Positions 48,865-58,801 are shown, counted from the stretch's first letter. The stretch: 64,000 nucleotides of DNA from Candidatus Parcubacteria bacterium (GCA_963806325.1 CAWDXL010000021.1:18624-82623); one strand, 5' to 3'. Program-made: numbers and translations. Notes: generated by a model not told the origin, from the letters alone.

Positions 48865-50300
48865 TTATAAATTATATCTTTGAATACAAACTTCAGCTCT
48901 TACTCTTGGTAAATTGAGCCTACTCCATTCAGTCATTCCGCCTTTAAGGCTGTATGCTTCTATGCCCGCCTCACGAGCTTTAAATGTGGCAATCTTGCTA
49001 CTATTCCCACGGCGACATACAAAGATAACCTTCTTGTTTTTATATTTTGAATCTTTAAGTTGCTTGTCATTTAAACCATCTTCAATATGTTCTGAAGCAG
49101 GAGCATGAAAGTCTTCATATTCTTCAGGTCTACGAGTGTCTATGAGAATTATATCTTCATTCGCTTCGACAGTATTCTTCTCCTTAATATTTTTCCAAAG
49201 TTTAGAAGGCTCATCTCTAAATAAAAGTTTATATGTTTCTTCCGCAGTAATTTCAGGAATCTCAGATTTAATTGTTTTAACTGAGTTGATTGATTTATTT
49301 TCTAATAACTCCTCATTAAAAATCTGTGGAAATTCAGATTTATCTAGGTACTCAAAGTACTCATCAATGTAAGGTAGTGGGCTGTCAGGACAAATAAAGA
49401 CGGCAATTTTCTCTTGGTTAGTATTTAAATTTTCCTCAGATAAATATTTAAGTAGACCTGCTAATGCGAAACCTGAACTGGGTCCAGCCATAATGCCAGC
49501 TCTGCATAATTCCAAGCTTTTCTTAAATGATTCTACTGTTCCAATTTCCTCAACCGTATCTGTATATTTCTTCCAATCAAAAGCTATCTCTTGTAAAAGG
49601 TTTTGTGTTCGTACACCTGGTACAGGATTATTAGGCTTTCTGGTAACTCCAACAATTTTAATATCTTTATTTTTATCTTTTAGATATTTAGCAGTACCGA
49701 CTATCGTTCCTGTTGTTCCAAGACCTACACATAAAATATCAATCTTGCCCTGAGTTTGTTCCCAGATTTGTGGGGCAGTCCATTTTTCATGAGCTTGTGG
49801 GTTTGCTTCATTATCATATTGCCCAGGATTAAACCACTTATTTTCTTTAGCCAAACTTTTGCTTTATAGATGCCGCTAGTCGGGTCATGTGGGTCAGGAC
49901 AAATCGGCTCATGATTTACTATTACTTCTGTGCCAAGGATTCTTAATAATTTTAATTTTCCTTCGCTTACTTCATGAGAAACAATTGCCTTAGTTTGAGG
50001 AATACCAAACGCTCTACCAATAACAGCGAGGGAAAACACAGTATTGCCAGAAGAGTTTTCAATAATAGTATTTATTCCTGACAAATCCTTTTCTAAAAGC
50101 ATGTTATATGCCGGTAAAGACTTAACATTTCCAAGAGGTAAAAAGTTCATGAGCTTAGCAAAAATCCGAATACCTTTCTCTCTAAATGGATTCAGACTAT
50201 CAGGTAATTCAACCAATGGTAAAGGTGGATTATTATCGGGATTTAGAAAATCTCGAATTGCATTCTTGCCTGCAAAAACATTTAACTGGTTAGAGTTCAT
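48865..50300 (-). CDS. PLP-dependent cysteine-synthase-fold enzyme fused to a C-terminal rhodanese domain; frame break near 49860
   Basis: The N-terminal piece has the PLP-lysine context (LPLGNVKSLPAYNML) and SSGNT. The second piece has GLGTTGTIVG and a PSSG loop. The C-terminal rhodanese domain has the active-site loop CRRGNSS. Confidence 0.7.
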
Positions 50301-50332
50301 AGGTGAAAGAAGTATCTATTTGATTTGTGAGG

Positions 50333-51247
50333 TCACCAAATCGTTCGGTAATCAGAAGCTTGTGCAACGTACACTTTATGAAGTTGCCAAAGCTTTTCCA
50401 AACGCTTTTGAGAGTCTTTAGGAGTATCAATAAGCTTTTGATGTATGTCTTCAAATAACTGGATATTCTGAGATTCTAGTTTTGTAATATCCAACGCTCC
50501 GCCCTGTCTATCAATTTCAGCTAGGTATGGAGAGTCTTCCAAAAATCCAATGAGCTTTTCAGTTGGTATATTCTGTCTAATAAAATCTTTATCTGATTCT
50601 GACCTTACTTTATTTCCAACAACAAACAGACTGTTTTGCTGTTCCAGCTTCTTCAGCAAGTTCTAGGTAGTGCCTAAATACCTCTAGACTACGTTTTGTT
50701 GGCTCAACAACAAGACAGATCAAATCAAATTGAGCGTGAAGTGTATTTGCAAATGCATCGACACCTGCAACCATGTCGGCTATGACATAGCATCCTTATC
50801 AATTAAATGGCTAAGGATATTTTCAAATATAGCGAGATTGTTGTGGTAACAGCTCGCACCAATTTCTTCTTCGTCATATGTGCCTACTGCAAAGAGATAT
50901 AAATTATTATCTTTAACGAAATAATCCTTAATCGGGCTATTTTCAATATTTTTTAGGATAATAAGATTGGACTTTGAAGAGGGAGGAGTAGTTTTTCTAA
51001 ATGCGCCCAGCTTGGCTATATCAGTTCTTTTGCCAAGCAATTGCTTTTTAATATTTTTTACTACGTCAGGATGTGATAAATGTTTCGAGACTGGTATCAC
51101 ATCAAAACCTAATAACTCAGGCATATGGATATTTAAATCCGCATCAAAAACAGCAACCACTTTATTCTGTTGTTTAACATACTCAGCAAATAAAGCTGAT
51201 AATGTTGTTTTACCTGAGCCTCCTTTTCCTACAAATGCAATTTTCAT
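50333..51247 (-). CDS. CooC/MinD-superfamily P-loop ATPase (metallochaperone-like), with two frame breaks
   Basis: N-terminus MKIAFVGKGGSGKTT (deviant Walker A). The middle frame reads YVIADMVAGVDAFANTL...LICLVVEPTKRSLEVF. The C-terminal piece reads LFVVGNKVRSESD. Confidence 0.65.
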
Positions 51248-51254
51248 AAATGTT

Positions 51255-51314
51255 AATGACTTACATCTAGCAATATACTTGATATTAAATCTAATTGCAA
51301 ATGATTTACATTTA
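51255..51314. promoter_or_regulatory. Divergent promoter region with two copies of AATGAYTTACATYTA (candidate Fur-family operator)
   Basis: Copies at 51255-51269 and 51300-51314 share 13 of 15 positions. A 9-bp inverted repeat, cataaatgt (51245-51253) / acatttatg (51308-51316), brackets the region. Confidence 0.4.
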
Positions 51315-51329
51315 TGGTAAGTTGTATAT

Positions 51330-51746
51330 ATGAAATTGGACTACCAACACATGCTTAAAGAGGCGAGATTAAAAGTAACTCCAGCCCGCTTAGCCATTCT
51401 TAACCTATTTACAGAAGGTTGTAAGCCTTTGAATGCCGAAGATATATTTTCTAAACTCAAAAGCAAAGATATTAATCTCGTGACTATTTATCGAACTCTT
51501 GGGTCATTAGAACAAGCAGGAATCTTAAAAAGAATAGACTTGCACACTGAATCAATACACTACGAACTAGCTTCTCATCATCACCATCATATTGTATGTA
51601 CAAAGTGCGGAGATATTGAGGGTTTTGATATTTGTGAGGTTGAGAATATTTCAAAGAAGGTCTTAATAAAATCTTCGAGATTTAATTCTATTAATCAACA
51701 CTCACTTGAATTTTTTGGTATGTGTAAGTCTTGTGCAAAAAACTAA
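51330..51746 (+). CDS. Fur-family metalloregulator (Fur/Zur/PerR type)
   Basis: 138 aa. It has a winged-helix N-domain (RLAILNLF..., TIYRTL..LEQAGIL), a His cluster HHHHHIVCTKCG and a C-terminal CxxC (CKSC). Confidence 0.85.
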   Translation: MKLDYQHMLKEARLKVTPARLAILNLFTEGCKPLNAEDIFSKLKSKDINLVTIYRTLGSLEQAGILKRIDLHTESIHYELASHHHHHIVCTKCGDIEGFDICEVENISKKVLIKSSRFNSINQHSLEFFGMCKSCAKN

Positions 51747-51763
51747 GGCTTAAGTTTACTTCT

Positions 51764-52459
51764 ATGAAACGAACACGCTATCTACTTGTTGGTCTCGCTT
51801 TAGTATTAGCTCTTGGTTTTTCGATTCATCATTTTTATTTTAGGAAACAAATAAAGCTTGTGGCTTTAACCTTTGATAATGGTCCATATGGAACCACAAC
51901 TGACGCTATCTTAAATATTCTCGAACACAAGAAAGTTCCAGCTACATTTTTTATTATTGGTAAGAATGCAGAGCTTCATCCTGAACAAATAAAAAGAGAA
52001 GTTGCAGATGGTGATATTGTTGGGAATCATAGCTACAGTCATTCTCGTGACTTACCGATTATGGCATCAAGTACCTTGCGAGCTGATATTTCTCATGCTC
52101 AAAATATTATTTCAAATATATCGGGTCTTAGTCCGCATTTTTTCAGAGCACCCTATGGTTCAACAACTCAACAAATGATTCAAGAAATTCAAAATGAAGG
52201 ATATGTTTTTGTAGGTTGGGATGTTGACCCTAATGATTGGAACAACGCTAACTCATCGCTTTCAGTTATTTCTAGTGTGGAGAGTAAGGTCAAACCAAAT
52301 GATATTTTACTTTTTCATGATGGACACAAAGATGGTACAACATATTCCCGAGACAATACTATTCAAGCTCTGCCCATTATTATTGATGACCTACAAAAGC
52401 AGGGTTACACGTTTGTGACTATAGATAAAATACTCAATACTCCAGCTTATAGAGATTAA
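51764..52459 (+). CDS. Polysaccharide deacetylase (NodB homology domain) with an N-terminal anchor
   Basis: TFDNGP, ATFFIIG and VGNHSYSH motifs. ATG 51764 follows the fur stop. Confidence 0.85.
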   Translation: MKRTRYLLVGLALVLALGFSIHHFYFRKQIKLVALTFDNGPYGTTTDAILNILEHKKVPATFFIIGKNAELHPEQIKREVADGDIVGNHSYSHSRDLPIMASSTLRADISHAQNIISNISGLSPHFFRAPYGSTTQQMIQEIQNEGYVFVGWDVDPNDWNNANSSLSVISSVESKVKPNDILLFHDGHKDGTTYSRDNTIQALPIIIDDLQKQGYTFVTIDKILNTPAYRD

Positions 52460-52481
52460 GTTTTAGATATATAATACCTCT

Positions 52482-53640
52482 ATGAGAAAAGCCTTCAGCA
52501 TTTTATTGATATTTCTTACATTAACGACACCTGTTTTCGCTCAACAAGGACAGCTTCTTCAAGATAAGGTTACTACCGTAAAAGCTAAAGTTCTTGATAT
52601 AACTGCTGAGCAAGTTAAACAAGTTCCTGGCACTGATGTAAGTGACAACTATCAAACATTGCAGGTTCAAATTCTTGAAGGAGACCAGAAAGGACAAATT
52701 GTAACCGTAAACAATGACTACCTAAGTCTCAAAAAAGGAGAAACATTCTATATGTTGGTTACCGTGAGGGCAGATGGTAGTGGAACCTTGTACGGCGTCT
52801 CTGAACCATACCGCTTACCAGCCGTGCTTTTCTTTGTCGGTCTGTTTGTTGTATTAGTGATTGCGTTCGGTGGCATTCAAGGTATCAGAGGGACTGGTAA
52901 GTCTTATCGGCAGTTTTGTTTTAATATTGTATGTTTTGTTGCCTGGCATTTTGCATGGGTATTCGCCGATTTTAATGAGTCTAGGTGTTGCCTCACTTAT
53001 CATCATTGTCGGGTCTTACGTTACTCATGGATTTAATATGACGACTACCTCTGCTGTTATAGGAATGATTTTTACGATTATTATTACAGGATTTCTAGCT
53101 TACATAGCCGTGCACTGGGCACGATTGAGTGGTTTTAGTAATGAAGAAGCGGTATACCTCAATCTTGATACGCGAGGCTCAATAGATTTTGTTGGCTTAC
53201 TTCTCGGAGGAATACTCATTGGTCTTCTCGGTGTGCTCTATGATGTTGCAATTGGTCAGGCAATTTCAGTCGAGGAGCTTCATCACATTGCTCCGCACAT
53301 TCCTCGAAGAAAAATTTTTACTCGAGCGATTCGGATTGGTAGAGAGCATATTGGTGCACTCGTGAATACACTCGCAATTGCATATGTAGGTGTGTCGTTA
53401 CCGCTATTACTCTTGTATGTCCATTCTTCGAGTGGACCGATATCTCAAACTATCAACCGAGAAATATTTGCTACAGAAATTGTGCGAACAATGATTGGAA
53501 GCATCGGACTCGTAATTGCAGTACCAATTACAACTATTATTGCGATATTTATTCTTATGAAAAAACCGAAGGGTGCTGTATCGAAAGAGAAACTTGCTGA
53601 AGAAAAACATGCTCTTGAACATGCAGAGCATCATCATTAA
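52482..53640 (+). CDS. YibE/F-family membrane protein, with a frame break near 52880-52920
   Basis: It has a signal/anchor plus a soluble N-domain, followed by a polytopic region (GLLLGGILIGLLGVLYDVAIGQAISVEEL...REHIGALVNTLAIAYVG) typical of YibE/F. The C-terminal His tail reads HAEHHH. Confidence 0.7.
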
Positions 53641-53699
53641 AATCGCTACCAACTTCTTACTACTGCGAAGTAATTTAGGTCTGATATACTCATTAATGA

Positions 53700-53728
53700 G
53701 GTTCTAACATCGTCCAGTCCCCGCAGCA
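53700..53728 (+). repeat. Degenerate tRNA-Gln 3'-end-like sequence (candidate attR of the serine-integrase element)
   Basis: tccagtccccgcagca (53713-53728) against the tRNA sequence tccaagtcccgcagca (38695-38710). They differ only by two single-base run-length changes. The upstream ggttc is also shared. Confidence 0.4.
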
Positions 53729-53964
53729 TTGTATTCAAATCACCATTTTTCGGTGCATTTGCAAGTAGTTGATAGGGGTTTTTAAACTGAAATTGAGCCA
53801 CCTTTTTGTTTTTGATAGAAGCGTTCAAGAGTAACTTTTTTAGCATGTTTCGCGGGTGGGGTGTAGGATAAATTGACAAAAAAATATCGGTTTTTATATA
53901 ATCTTTTTAGGACCTTCATATTAAAGTGTCCATAATTATAAGCTGTAATTATTCGCAATTTACT

Positions 53965-54303
53965 ATGAAAAAAATAATTGTATCGTTATTTATTACGTTA
54001 TCAGTCTTTGTTGCATCTAAAGCCTATGCCCAGTCCTCGGATGTTCCAGTAGTAAACACATACAAAGATGCTACGAGTACATCAGTGACTATCAATCTCC
54101 CAGATGGTTTCAATGGTTCCGTGATGACTACCTATGATGGCAATCAATTCAAAACCACTTACTCTACCAGCACAGCACTAACAAACGAGCAGTTTAATAA
54201 AATAGAAGCTGACATCCAGGCTCAAGAAAAATCTATGGACGACTTGTTTCAACAACAGCAAAAAATGTTCCAGCAAATGTGGAGCGATTTAGGCTGGAAC
54301 TGA
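53965..54303 (+). CDS. Small secreted hypothetical protein
   Basis: Signal peptide MKKIIVSLFITLSVFVASKAYA and a Gln-rich C-terminus. Confidence 0.55.
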   Translation: MKKIIVSLFITLSVFVASKAYAQSSDVPVVNTYKDATSTSVTINLPDGFNGSVMTTYDGNQFKTTYSTSTALTNEQFNKIEADIQAQEKSMDDLFQQQQKMFQQMWSDLGWN

Positions 54304-54324
54304 TAGATGTTTTGACGAGATTCG

Positions 54325-54357
54325 AAAACCACCCTATTTAATAGGTGGTTTTTGTTT
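54325..54357 (+). terminator. Rho-independent terminator
   Basis: aaaaccaccctat-tta-ataggtggtttt hairpin (one bulge) followed by tgttt. Confidence 0.75.
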
Positions 54358-54612
54358 ATATGGGCATCGCAAACGCAGGACAGCGATGGAAAAACACACT
54401 ATCTCCTTGCAGTAAAACGGTTCTAACTTCGCTCAAGAAGGCTAGTCAATAATGTAGAATAAATGTTATAAATACAATGCAATTATTCTCAAAAAGAAAT
54501 GGAATCGGTGTCCTGGGGAATCATAATAGAAATATAATAAAAAACCTCTATGCTATTAATAAACTCATCCGTGATATACTAAGTGTCCACTATTCTTATT
54601 AGTACATTATCT

Positions 54613-55248
54613 ATGAAAATATCTCTTATTGTTCTTTTGATAATTGTGCTCTTGCTCATTATCTGGTCACTCGTCGGATATTTCACTTCAAATGCCGAAC
54701 AGGCAAAATATTCGGTAATTAAAAAAGCTGATGGTTATGAGATTCGGAATTATCCGGCTCACATTGTTGCTCAAACTGTTGTTGAAGGAGCACGTGTAAA
54801 TGGGGATGTTTTTAATAAAGGTTTTAAGATCATCGCTGGCTACATATTTGGCGGGAATATTAAAAAAGAGAGTATTGCTATGACTGCTCCTGTCGCCGCC
54901 CAAGGAATGTCAGAAAAGATAGCAATGACTGTGCCGGTGACGGGAACACCCGAAGGGAATTCTCATGTTATCTCCTTTGTCATGCCAAGCGGATATACAC
55001 TTGCTACATTGCCCACTCCGAATGACTCGAGAATAAAGCTTGTTCCCGTACCTGAGCAAAAAATAGCGGCGATTACATTTTTAGGATATAGGACTGATCC
55101 TCTTTTTGAGAGGATGAAGAAAGAATTATTTGCAGATCTTGCTCGTGACAATATTACGATGATAGGCACTCCTATATACGCAGGCTACAATCCGCCATGG
55201 ACTCCTCCGTGGATGAACCGAAACGAAATAATGGTGCAGGTCCAATGA
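54613..55248 (+). CDS. SOUL heme-binding-family protein with an N-terminal anchor
   Basis: YE(I)R.YP......T, F..(I)AGYIFG.N and two (I)AMT.PV motifs typical of SOUL/HBP. The start is taken at MKISLIVLL. Confidence 0.75.
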   Translation: MKISLIVLLIIVLLLIIWSLVGYFTSNAEQAKYSVIKKADGYEIRNYPAHIVAQTVVEGARVNGDVFNKGFKIIAGYIFGGNIKKESIAMTAPVAAQGMSEKIAMTVPVTGTPEGNSHVISFVMPSGYTLATLPTPNDSRIKLVPVPEQKIAAITFLGYRTDPLFERMKKELFADLARDNITMIGTPIYAGYNPPWTPPWMNRNEIMVQVQ

Positions 55249-55757
55249 AGCATATTGTAGTTAACGACAAAATGCAGAGAGGCTATTCCTATGAACTCTC
55301 TGAGCTTGTCGGTAAAAATTTCGATCCAGAATTCAAACCCCAACTTACACCGAAGCAAATGCTTGAGCTCGGTGTATTTGGCGGTGTGTATATGCGCGAT
55401 TCCATTCATGAATTTCCAAAGGACTGGTTTGTGAATGCAAGATTTCAAAAAAGTGGAAACTATGATCATGACCCAAAGCTTAATTACTTTGGCGTTAATG
55501 CTTCACAACCGCTATCAGTTTGGAAAAAGAAAGGCTGGATTTATAAAGATGATCCTCGAGGCTGGTTTCAGTGGTATTGTCGGTACCATATGGGTAGGAG
55601 AATTCCTGATGAAGACAAAAGACAGATAAAGCGATGGAAAGCTATGCAGAGACATAGTGCTCAAGTAAAGAAAAATTGTAGCGCGGGTGATAAAGATTGC
55701 CGTCCAAAGCAAAGGCAGGCACTTTTACACTGGGCGTATGATAGCAGGACTTTTTAA
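55245..55757 (+). CDS. Conserved-looking hypothetical cytoplasmic protein
   Basis: About 170 aa starting at MKHIVVNDK, with a start that overlaps the previous stop (ATGA). Trp/Arg-rich (GWFQWYCRYHMGRR). No family name recalled. Confidence 0.5.
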   Translation: MKHIVVNDKMQRGYSYELSELVGKNFDPEFKPQLTPKQMLELGVFGGVYMRDSIHEFPKDWFVNARFQKSGNYDHDPKLNYFGVNASQPLSVWKKKGWIYKDDPRGWFQWYCRYHMGRRIPDEDKRQIKRWKAMQRHSAQVKKNCSAGDKDCRPKQRQALLHWAYDSRTF

Positions 55758-55796
55758 AAGGTGTTAAAAATAAACACTATCGTATACTAAAAATCT

Positions 55797-56678
55797 CTAA
55801 TCAAATATCGTTCCTAAATATGTATCAATAGTGCGCTGGTCCATATCGTAGAAATTTTTTCCTTCGTTGTGCAAATCGGTCGCGAGTTTTATGCCCACAA
55901 ATCTCCAGTGCCACGGCTCAAATTCGTAGTAGCTATTGCCTTGCGGATAGGAAAGGATGAAGCCGTATTGGTACGCATTTTGGAGCATCCACTGATATGC
56001 CGGAGTTTTATCGAAACCGTCGATAGCGCCATTGAGGCTTGTTGTCGTAAGGTCGACGGCGGTGCCGAGCTGGTGCTCCGAGTAGCCTTGGTCGGCTGAA
56101 AATGAATTTGCCGTGCCGGCTCCGTAGGTCACGACGTATTCGCCTTTGAGCGCGCCTTGCTGGCCAAACGATCGGTATGCCGATGCAACGTAAATTTTTA
56201 TATTTGATTCTGATGCTGCTCCGATCATTGTGATAAGGTGGGGCAGGACATCGCTTTCAATTTGGAGTGTTGCGGTGCTCGAGTACACATCTTCGGCAGG
56301 AATAGGCGACAAGTGGGCCGGTACATAATTTTCACTCAAGAAAAAGACTTTTGAATATTTGTCGAGAAGCTGGGGATCGGTCTGTGAAAGCTTTTGGAGC
56401 GAGGAAAGCGTACCGGTGAGGCTGCCGACCTGGCTTTGGAAACCGCCAATTTGCTGCTGCTCGGTCGTTAAAGCATTTGAAAGCGCAGCGCGTGTTTCAT
56501 TGATCGCGGTTGTTGTTGAAGCCAGTGCGGCGGAAAGCGAAGCTACGTCTGTATTTGTGGCAGCAAGGCGCGACGAAAGGGAACTTGTGCGAATAAAGAG
56601 ATATATAACTATACACACCACGACTGCGCATAGTACAAGTGCGCCGACAGCCCACGGCATTATATTTTTTTGTTTCAT
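55797..56678 (-). CDS. D-alanyl-D-alanine carboxypeptidase, VanY/M15B family, membrane-anchored
   Basis: N-terminal TM helix, then SAYRS...Q, SEHQLGTAVDL and EPWHWRFVG (Zn ligands). Confidence 0.85.
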   Translation of the reverse strand: MKQKNIMPWAVGALVLCAVVVCIVIYLFIRTSSLSSRLAATNTDVASLSAALASTTTAINETRAALSNALTTEQQQIGGFQSQVGSLTGTLSSLQKLSQTDPQLLDKYSKVFFLSENYVPAHLSPIPAEDVYSSTATLQIESDVLPHLITMIGAASESNIKIYVASAYRSFGQQGALKGEYVVTYGAGTANSFSADQGYSEHQLGTAVDLTTTSLNGAIDGFDKTPAYQWMLQNAYQYGFILSYPQGNSYYEFEPWHWRFVGIKLATDLHNEGKNFYDMDQRTIDTYLGTIFD

Positions 56679-56750
56679 ACATGTATTATTATATAGTATC
56701 TCGGCACTATGCTAAAATCCCGATCTACGGCAAAATAATTTAAAAAACAT

Positions 56751-57329
56751 ATGTCTTATTGTGACGCCATCAAACATATGCCGGAAGATAGAAAGGCTTT
56801 GCATAAGGCATATCACGATTTTCAATATGGCTTTCCGATCAGTGATGACGATGAGCTATTTGGTCGGCTGATGCTGGAAATTAACCAGGCAGGATTGAGC
56901 TGGGAAACGATTCTTAAAAAGCAGGATTCATTTAGAAAAGCGTATAATAATTTTAATATAAAGAAAGTGGCAAAGTATACTGATGCAGATCGGGCACGGC
57001 TGATGAGTGATTCAGGTATTATTCGCAACAGGCTCAAGATCAATGCTGCTATCGAAAATGCAAATAGTATAGTAGCTCTGCAAAAAGAGTATGGATCATT
57101 TCAGAAATGGCTCAAAGTCAACTATATGCTGTCGGAGAAAGAATGGATGAATCTTTTCAAGAAAACATTTCGATTTACCGGTGGGGAAATCGTTCGGGAA
57201 TTTTTAATGAGTATCGGATATTTACCCGGTGCCCATGTGCCGAGCTGTTCAGTGTACGCGAAAATCCTAAAAAGAAAGCCGATGTGGACGAAACTTCACA
57301 GTAGATCGGCTACATGTGGAGGAATTTGA
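56751..57329 (+). CDS. tag: DNA-3-methyladenine glycosylase I
   Basis: YHD.(E/Q)(W/Y)G.P..DD..LF..L.LE..QAGLSW..IL.K, followed by IIRNR.KI.A. The N-terminal Cys and C-terminal H...C fit the Tag Zn site. Confidence 0.85.
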   Translation: MSYCDAIKHMPEDRKALHKAYHDFQYGFPISDDDELFGRLMLEINQAGLSWETILKKQDSFRKAYNNFNIKKVAKYTDADRARLMSDSGIIRNRLKINAAIENANSIVALQKEYGSFQKWLKVNYMLSEKEWMNLFKKTFRFTGGEIVREFLMSIGYLPGAHVPSCSVYAKILKRKPMWTKLHSRSATCGGI

Positions 57330-57410
57330 CAAAATGTAATAATTTTGTTATTGTAAAGCCAGAAATATCGTTGTTGCCAAACACACATTCATAAATGAAA
57401 GGCAGGATGT

Positions 57411-58691
57411 ATGAATATTTTTCGCACTGCGTGGCTCGGAGTATTTCCAGCCATGCATGAACGAAACTACCGGCTGTTTTTTTACGGCCAGCTTATTTCC
57501 TGGAGCGGCAACTGGCTTCAAATCGCGACGCTCGGCTGGCTTGTAAAGACAGTCTTGCATGCGCCGGCAAGCCAGGTAGCACTCGTCGCAGCATTGCCTC
57601 AGGTAGTCGCAGCGGCGGGTGCATTCTGGCTCGGATTTATAACCGACCGGTTTGATGAACGCCGGTTGCTGTACGTCACGCAGAGCATCCAGATGATCCA
57701 GGCATTCGTGCTTGGCTGGCTCACGCTGACGCATCGTATCACCTTTGCGTGGGTGGAAGTATTGGTTGTCGTCATGGGCGTGAGTAATGCGCTCGATCGG
57801 CCGACTACCCACACGTTTATCATGCGAATTGCCCGCAAACATCTTCGCTCGGCGGTGGCTATGAATGGTTCGCTGATCATGGCTGGCGCGTCGATTGGCG
57901 GATTGCTTGCAAGCATTCTTATCCCGCTCGTCGGGATTGGCGGCGCGTTTATCGCAAACGCCGTATCATTCATCGCCATCTTCTGGACGCTTGCGCTCAT
58001 GAAGCTCCCGCTGGTGAAAAAAGATGCGCCCCAGCATGCGGTCGCGGCAATTATTTCCGGTTGGCGGTATTTGTGGAACGAGAAGTCTCTTCTTTTCTAC
58101 ATTTTGCTCAACGGCATAGTTGTTGTGCTTGGCTTCTCATACCGGGCGATCTTCCCTGTGATAACGACGGAGATTTTCCACGCGGGATCGAGCGTCAATG
58201 GCAGTCTCTACGCTTGTGCAGGTATAGGCGCATTCGTCGGCACCTGCCTCGTCTCATCACTGCAGAAAGAGCTCGGAAAAGAAACCAAACTCTTTCAGTG
58301 GTTTGTGACCGGCGGCATGCTTGTGTCAGGCTTGAGCCTGGTGCTGTTTGCTGTCACCCGGTCGCTGTGGGCTGATCTGCTGTTTCTGGCCATCTCATCT
58401 ATGGGTGTGATTATGGCATCGTCAACCTTGCGGGGTTCGATTCAGCACCATATTCAGGAGGAAAAACGCGGCCGGGTGATGGGATTTGTGTTTGCTGTTT
58501 TCCTCGGCGGAGTGGCCTTAGGAAGCTGGCTTGCTGGCGTTGTTGCCACCCATGTAGGATCTTTAAAGACGATTGTGTTGGCAGGAGTAATTTCTACGCT
58601 GGTCGGGGTTCTCCTTTATTTCAAACGCAATGTCGTCTTTATCCGTCGTGATCACATGATTGCTGCGGCATCACCTATAGCGGTTGTCTGA
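57411..58691 (+). CDS. MFS transporter
   Basis: 426 aa with about 12 hydrophobic helices and a D-R-x-x-R-R-like loop (ITDRFDERRLL). Confidence 0.8.
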   Translation: MNIFRTAWLGVFPAMHERNYRLFFYGQLISWSGNWLQIATLGWLVKTVLHAPASQVALVAALPQVVAAAGAFWLGFITDRFDERRLLYVTQSIQMIQAFVLGWLTLTHRITFAWVEVLVVVMGVSNALDRPTTHTFIMRIARKHLRSAVAMNGSLIMAGASIGGLLASILIPLVGIGGAFIANAVSFIAIFWTLALMKLPLVKKDAPQHAVAAIISGWRYLWNEKSLLFYILLNGIVVVLGFSYRAIFPVITTEIFHAGSSVNGSLYACAGIGAFVGTCLVSSLQKELGKETKLFQWFVTGGMLVSGLSLVLFAVTRSLWADLLFLAISSMGVIMASSTLRGSIQHHIQEEKRGRVMGFVFAVFLGGVALGSWLAGVVATHVGSLKTIVLAGVISTLVGVLLYFKRNVVFIRRDHMIAAASPIAVV

Positions 58692-58801
58692 TCGACATCA
58701 TTTTTGTTCCTAACCCTTTACCTCCCGGCCTTATCCGCCGGGAGTTTTTTAATATGCTTTAGGTAAAAACTCCAATCAAACTTCCGTGATATAATTTTTT
58801 T

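Larger units (their letters stand above)
38709..53728. mobile_element. Putative serine-integrase integrative element at tRNA-Gln (right boundary tentative)
   Basis: The integrase gene's 3' end overlaps the tRNA. The region is visibly AT-richer than the core genome (judged by eye) and carries a Rep-like gene and accessory cargo. A degenerate copy of the tRNA-Gln 3' end lies at 53700-53728. Confidence 0.5.

Noticed and set aside
53646-53879. A 77-aa minus-strand ORF overlapping the candidate attR
   Set aside because: It has no recognisable motif or ribosome-binding site. Part of it is the antisense translation of the tRNA-like remnant. It could be a small excision factor, but nothing supports that.
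54419-54432. ggttctaacttcg, resembling ggttctaacatcg at 53700-53712
   Set aside because: It is only a 12-of-13 match with no further tRNA-like extension, so it is likely chance.
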